A stretch of DNA of 64,000 nt from an uncultured bacterium (GTDB lineage Bacteria > Edwardsbacteria > AC1 > EtOH8), in contig CAWAAX010000009.1 in the NCBI GenBank assembly GCA_963780225.1, forward strand, positions 128,001-192,000, read 5' to 3'. Shown one piece after another: positions 59,236 to 64,000 of this stretch; position 1 is the first letter of the stretch, and each line of letters begins with the position of its first letter. The translations under genes were made by a program, and so were the position numbers. The notes below the pieces were generated by a model. That model saw only the letters and a list, made by a program, of their open reading frames with translations, ran no database searches and was not told where the DNA came from.

Positions 59236-59987
59236 GCCACCATATCACTGAAGCCAAGGATATATTTTATTCTTATCCCGACGGCCACCAGGCGGTCAAA
59301 GGGATATCATTCCGCATCCATCACGGGGAATCGGTGGGGATCATCGGGGCCAACGGGGCCGGGAAATCAACGCTGTTGATGCTGTTGAACGGCATCCTTT
59401 CGCCTTCGCAGGGAGAGGTGATCATCGGGGAGATCAAGCTCAACAAAAGCACCTTGACCATGATCCGGCAGAGGCTGGGCATGGTATTTCAGAACCCGGA
59501 CGACCAGCTCTTCCTGACCACAGTTTACGACGATGTGGCCTTCGGGCCCCGAAATCTCAAACTTGACGAAGCCCAGGTGGAGCAGAGGGTAACCTCTGCA
59601 CTGGAACAGGTCGGTATTGTTCATCTCAAAGACCGGGCGCCGTTCCACCTCTCGGCCGGGGAAAAACGGGCGGCGGCCATCGCCTCGGTGCTGTCCATGT
59701 CACCGGACATTTTGATCCTGGATGAGCCGACCTCGTCGCTGGACCCAAGGTCCCGGCGGCGGCTGATGAAGATACTGAAAGGTTTTGAGCATACCAAGAT
59801 AATCACCTCGCACGATCTGGACATGGTGCTGGAACTGTGCCCAAGGACCATCATCATCAAAGACGGACAGATAATATCCGACGGCCAGACAAAAGATATT
59901 CTGACAAACAAAAAGCTGATGGAGGAGGCCGGACTGGAGATGCCGTTGAGCCTGCAGAACTGTCCGGTATGCGGAGGGGTAAAATAA
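59232..59987 (+). CDS. cbiO: ECF Ni/Co transporter ATPase
   Basis: GANGAGKST, FQNPDDQLF, LSAGEK, LDEP, SHD; ATG 59232 overlaps the cbiQ stop. Confidence 0.92.
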   Translation: MSHHITEAKDIFYSYPDGHQAVKGISFRIHHGESVGIIGANGAGKSTLLMLLNGILSPSQGEVIIGEIKLNKSTLTMIRQRLGMVFQNPDDQLFLTTVYDDVAFGPRNLKLDEAQVEQRVTSALEQVGIVHLKDRAPFHLSAGEKRAAAIASVLSMSPDILILDEPTSSLDPRSRRRLMKILKGFEHTKIITSHDLDMVLELCPRTIIIKDGQIISDGQTKDILTNKKLMEEAGLEMPLSLQNCPVCGGVK

Positions 59988-60003
59988 AGCGCAGGTTTGG
60001 TTT

Positions 60004-60041
60004 TGTCAACAGCCCAGGCATTATTGCCTGGGCTGTTGACA
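60004..60041. repeat. Perfect 17-bp-arm palindrome (REP-like or terminator)
   Basis: tgtcaacagcccaggca ttat tgcctgggctgttgaca; shares ACAGCCCAG/CTGGGCTGT with the hairpin at 7562. Confidence 0.75.
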
Positions 60042-60129
60042 TTTAAATCAAATAAGTTATGTCTTCCGGTTGCAGGCAAAAACCAGCTGTGCTATAATTG
60101 TTCAAACTAAAGAACTGGATATATCCTCG

Positions 60130-61149
60130 ATGAAACTCTCCTCCTTTGATTATAATCTCCCTCCGGAGCTCATTGCCAAAAGCCCAGCTGAAAAACGCGA
60201 TTCCTCCCGGCTGATGGTGCTGCACCGCGATGACGGCCGGATCGAACACCGTAAATTCAGCGATATTGTTGAATATCTCAATCCCTCCGACATCCTGGTG
60301 GTCAACAATACCAAGGTCATCCCGGCCCGGTTGATCGGACACAAGAAACAGACCGGCGGGGAAGTGGAGATATTATTGCTCCGGCACGAGTCCGAAAATC
60401 TGTGGAATTGTCTGGTGCGGCCGGGCCGCAGGTTGATGCCCGGAGCCAAAGTGGAATTCAAAAGCGGCCTGATGGAGGCGGAGATCATGGAACACCGTCC
60501 GGGCGGACAGCGCCTGGTCAGATTCACGCACCAGGGTGACTTCTATCAAACCCTGGAAAAAGTGGGACAGGTGCCGCTACCGCCATACATCGACCGTAAA
60601 CCAATGGAGGCGGATAAAAATCGCTATCAGACAATCTATGCCAAAGAGGAAGGCGCAGTGGCCGCCCCTACCGCCGGCCTACATTTCACCCCGGAACTGA
60701 TGGATAAGGTCAAAGCCAAAGGGGTGGAGGTGCTGGAAATACTCTTGCACGTGGGCTGGGGAACGTTCAAGGGCGTGGAGGCCGATGATATCCGGGAGCA
60801 CAGGATGGACGCCGAGTACTACAGGATAAACAGGGAAGTCGCAGATAAATTGAAAAATGGCAAAATGGGAAATAGGAGGATCATAGCCATAGGGACCACC
60901 ACCAGCCGGGCCTTGGAGAGTTTCGGGCAGAGTGGAAAGATGTCCGATTGGACCGAGATATTTATCTACCCACCCTACCAATTCAAGATAGTGGACTCGC
61001 TGGTAACAAATTTCCATCTTCCCAAATCCACGCTTATCATGCTGGTCTCGGCCCTGGCCGGGCGGGAGAATGTGATGAAGGCCTATCAGCAGGCCATCGA
61101 GAATAGGTACCGTTTTTACAGTTACGGCGATGCCATGATGGTGGTCTAA
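60130..61149 (+). CDS. queA: S-adenosylmethionine:tRNA ribosyltransferase-isomerase
   Basis: FDYNLPPELIA, NNTKVIPAR, PLPPYI, AAPTAGLHF, NFHLPKST, YRFYSYGDAM; promoter TTGCAG-17-TATAAT 60070-60098. Confidence 0.96.
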   Translation: MKLSSFDYNLPPELIAKSPAEKRDSSRLMVLHRDDGRIEHRKFSDIVEYLNPSDILVVNNTKVIPARLIGHKKQTGGEVEILLLRHESENLWNCLVRPGRRLMPGAKVEFKSGLMEAEIMEHRPGGQRLVRFTHQGDFYQTLEKVGQVPLPPYIDRKPMEADKNRYQTIYAKEEGAVAAPTAGLHFTPELMDKVKAKGVEVLEILLHVGWGTFKGVEADDIREHRMDAEYYRINREVADKLKNGKMGNRRIIAIGTTTSRALESFGQSGKMSDWTEIFIYPPYQFKIVDSLVTNFHLPKSTLIMLVSALAGRENVMKAYQQAIENRYRFYSYGDAMMVV

Positions 61150-61258
61150 AAACCGAAAAATACCCTACCACGGAACCACGGAAATTTGAATAAAATATCA
61201 AAAAGATTTCTGAATATAATGAATCAAGTTTAATTCTACTAAACGTTAAAAATCACCC

Positions 61259-61289
61259 AAAAAGCAGGCAAATTTTGCCTGCTTTTTTT
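61259..61289 (+). terminator. Intrinsic terminator after queA
   Basis: gcaggcaa att ttgcctgc followed by T7. Confidence 0.8.
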
Positions 61290-61347
61290 ATTTCCCCCGG
61301 GCCTGACAGACGACCAAAAAATAAGTCAAAAAAAAGTCATTTTTTGC

Positions 61348-61410
61348 TTGACAATGGGGCTAAAAAACACTAAAATGGTGATCAGTGGGTTAAAGTGGGG
61401 GATAGTGGTT
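61348..61410 (+). promoter_or_regulatory. dcw promoter with MraZ-binding direct repeats
   Basis: TTGACA 61348-61353, 17 nt, TAAAAT 61371-61376; (A/G)TGG at 61375, 61385, 61395, 61405 (10-bp period). Confidence 0.82.
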
Positions 61411-61514
61411 TAACCTGGTTAAAACCCCAAGTTTTAATGAACTTTTTCAGCAAAAAACAACAATCCCGGAAAAATCTAAAAACACCGTAAAATAAGGTGT
61501 TTTGGAGCGCTACC

Positions 61515-61949
61515 ATGGCATATTTCTTCGGCACATACCACCACAATCTTGATTCCAAGGGAAGGCTCAATCTGCCGGCCCAATTACGGAAGCAGATATC
61601 CAACGAATCAGCCGGCCAGCTTTTGATCACCAAAGGCTTAAAGGGCGGCTGTCTTTTCGTCTATCCCCAAGACAACTGGCAAAAAATCATGGCCGAGCTG
61701 GAATCCCAGCCCCGCACCGAGGAGAACCGGAACGCGCTGAGGATCTTCGCAGCCGAAAGCATTCTGACCGAACTGGACGCCCAGGGACGGATCATGATCC
61801 CGGCCAAATTCCTGCAGGAGACCGGGCTGACCAAAGAGGCGGTGATCGTCGGGGTCAGCGACAAGATGGAGATCTGGAACCCCGGCTCCTACCAGACACT
61901 ATTGGATCAGAACAGCGCACTCCACCAGGAACTGATCAAGAAACTGTAG
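61515..61949 (+). CDS. mraZ: Division/cell-wall cluster repressor
   Basis: FFGTYHHNLDSKGRL and LDAQGRI (two DxxGR motifs), EIWN. Confidence 0.95.
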   Translation: MAYFFGTYHHNLDSKGRLNLPAQLRKQISNESAGQLLITKGLKGGCLFVYPQDNWQKIMAELESQPRTEENRNALRIFAAESILTELDAQGRIMIPAKFLQETGLTKEAVIVGVSDKMEIWNPGSYQTLLDQNSALHQELIKKL

Positions 61950-62003
61950 TCCCTAAAAAAAACCGGACACTTGAAACCGCAATCAAAAAGGAAAATATAG
62001 ACC

Positions 62004-62378
62004 ATGAGAATTCAAGCCATCCCTGCGGCCGATAACAGCGTCAGGCTGGAAGTGAACGGCATGATAAATCTGCAGGGCTTCTTTCAGGTGGAAGAGGCGA
62101 TCTTAAAGATCATGAAGAAGAACTGCTTCAAGCTGGAGCTGGAGATGTCCGGGGTCAAGCACATGGATTACCGGGGAGTGGAGATCCTGGTCAAACGGGC
62201 GGAGCGGCTGAGAAGCTACGGCGGCGACCTGATCCTGCACGGGCTCTCGCCCTACCTGGTCAACATCCTGCAGATGGCCGGGGCCGGAGAGGCCTTTGAG
62301 ATCGCCTCCACCAGGGAGCCGGTACAGTGCGACCTGTTCCAGCGCCAGGAGCGCAAGCCGCTGACCGCGGTGGCCTGA
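62004..62378 (+). CDS. STAS-domain protein
   Basis: LEMSGVKHMDYRGV...L...GGDLILHGLSPYLVNILQMAG. Confidence 0.85.
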   Translation: MRIQAIPAADNSVRLEVNGMINLQGFFQVEEAILKIMKKNCFKLELEMSGVKHMDYRGVEILVKRAERLRSYGGDLILHGLSPYLVNILQMAGAGEAFEIASTREPVQCDLFQRQERKPLTAVA

Positions 62379-62432
62379 CCAAGTCATTTGGCATTGGATG
62401 ATTGGGGATCGCTCTGGTACCAGGCGGATTAG

Positions 62433-63371
<939 letters not shown>

Positions 63372-63375
<4 letters not shown>

Positions 63376-63761
63376 ACACTTTTTTACATAAAACAGAGAT
63401 CAAACTCCAGAAAAACCGGACCGGTTGGTTCATTGCCGGCCTGGTTTTTGTGCTGTTCGCCGTGATGTTCCTGTCCATCCGGCAAAAATTCAGCCTTTCC
63501 CAGCAGCTGGCAGCCATCGAAAAAGATCAAAACTACAACCGGGAAGTGGTCTCCCTGCAGAAGGAGCTTTTGGTAAAATTGCAGCAGCTGGAGGGCAGGA
63601 ACCGTCTGGAAGCCAGGGCAGTGTCCGATCTGGGCTTTGAATATCCTTCCAACAGCCAAGTAGTGGTAATGCTGAAATCTCCGGCTTCGGACCGGGGCGG
63701 GTTGGCTTATGCCCTGGCCGGGATCTTCCGGCCGGTCTCATCAGCCTGGAGCAAACCATGA
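63372..63761 (+). CDS. ftsL: Cell division protein FtsL
   Basis: Single TM, coiled coil, RLEARAVSDLGFEYP; located between rsmH and ftsI. Confidence 0.75.
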
Positions 63762-64000
63762 TGTCACAACGAGCGAAAACCCTTGCGGTTTTCTGTTTTT
63801 TTATATGGGCCTTGATGTCCGGAAGGCTGGTGTGGCTGCAGGCGTTCAAGGGCGGGCATTACCGGAACCTGGCTCAAAGGCAGCACCAGCTCCGGATCGG
63901 TATCCTCCCGGAGCGGGGGCAGATAGTTGACCGTCAAGGCCGGCCGTTGGCATTATCAATCGACGACCGGCGTTCTTATCCCTACGGCACGGTGGGTGGA
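63758..64000 (+). CDS. ftsI: Class B penicillin-binding protein FtsI, 5' part (runs off window)
   Basis: TM, RLVWLQ, PERGQIVDRQGRPLALS, RSYPYG; dcw position. Confidence 0.8.
   Translation, partial: MMSQRAKTLAVFCFFIWALMSGRLVWLQAFKGGHYRNLAQRQHQLRIGILPERGQIVDRQGRPLALSIDDRRSYPYGTVGG

Overview
Chromosomal window from a GC-rich-coding, probably anaerobic diderm bacterium. T9SS-like C-terminal domain, archaeal-type apgM, duplicated buk/ptb and NikR with Ni/Co uptake genes suggest an FCB-adjacent candidate lineage such as TA06/Edwardsbacteria (inference only). It runs from the 3' end of recF through dciA-gyrB-gyrA, then a signalling operon (rhomboid, creatininase-like, 925-aa nucleotidyl-cyclase-like protein, REC-GAF-GGDEF), tRNA-Leu/smpB and a minus-strand glycosylation/propeller cluster. 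It continues with purH/guaA, buk/ptb, rpiB-glyA-folK-dNK-dapA, queH-nikR-Ni/Co uptake-queA, and the start of the dcw cluster (mraZ, STAS, rsmH, ftsL, ftsI). No CRISPR array, transposase or integrase was seen. The non-standard signals are: (i) the atypical cyclase operon; (ii) a 3+4 inverted array of ~21-bp repeats at 48.3 kb; (iii) several families of small hairpin elements that insert into one another and into genes; (iv) accessory genes sitting behind decayed copies of the downstream gene's 5' end; (v) a histone-H1-like tail on a butyrate kinase; (vi) a stand-alone MshEN-like protein, and a STAS protein inside the dcw cluster. Four genes carry single-base insertions that are most likely sequencing errors.
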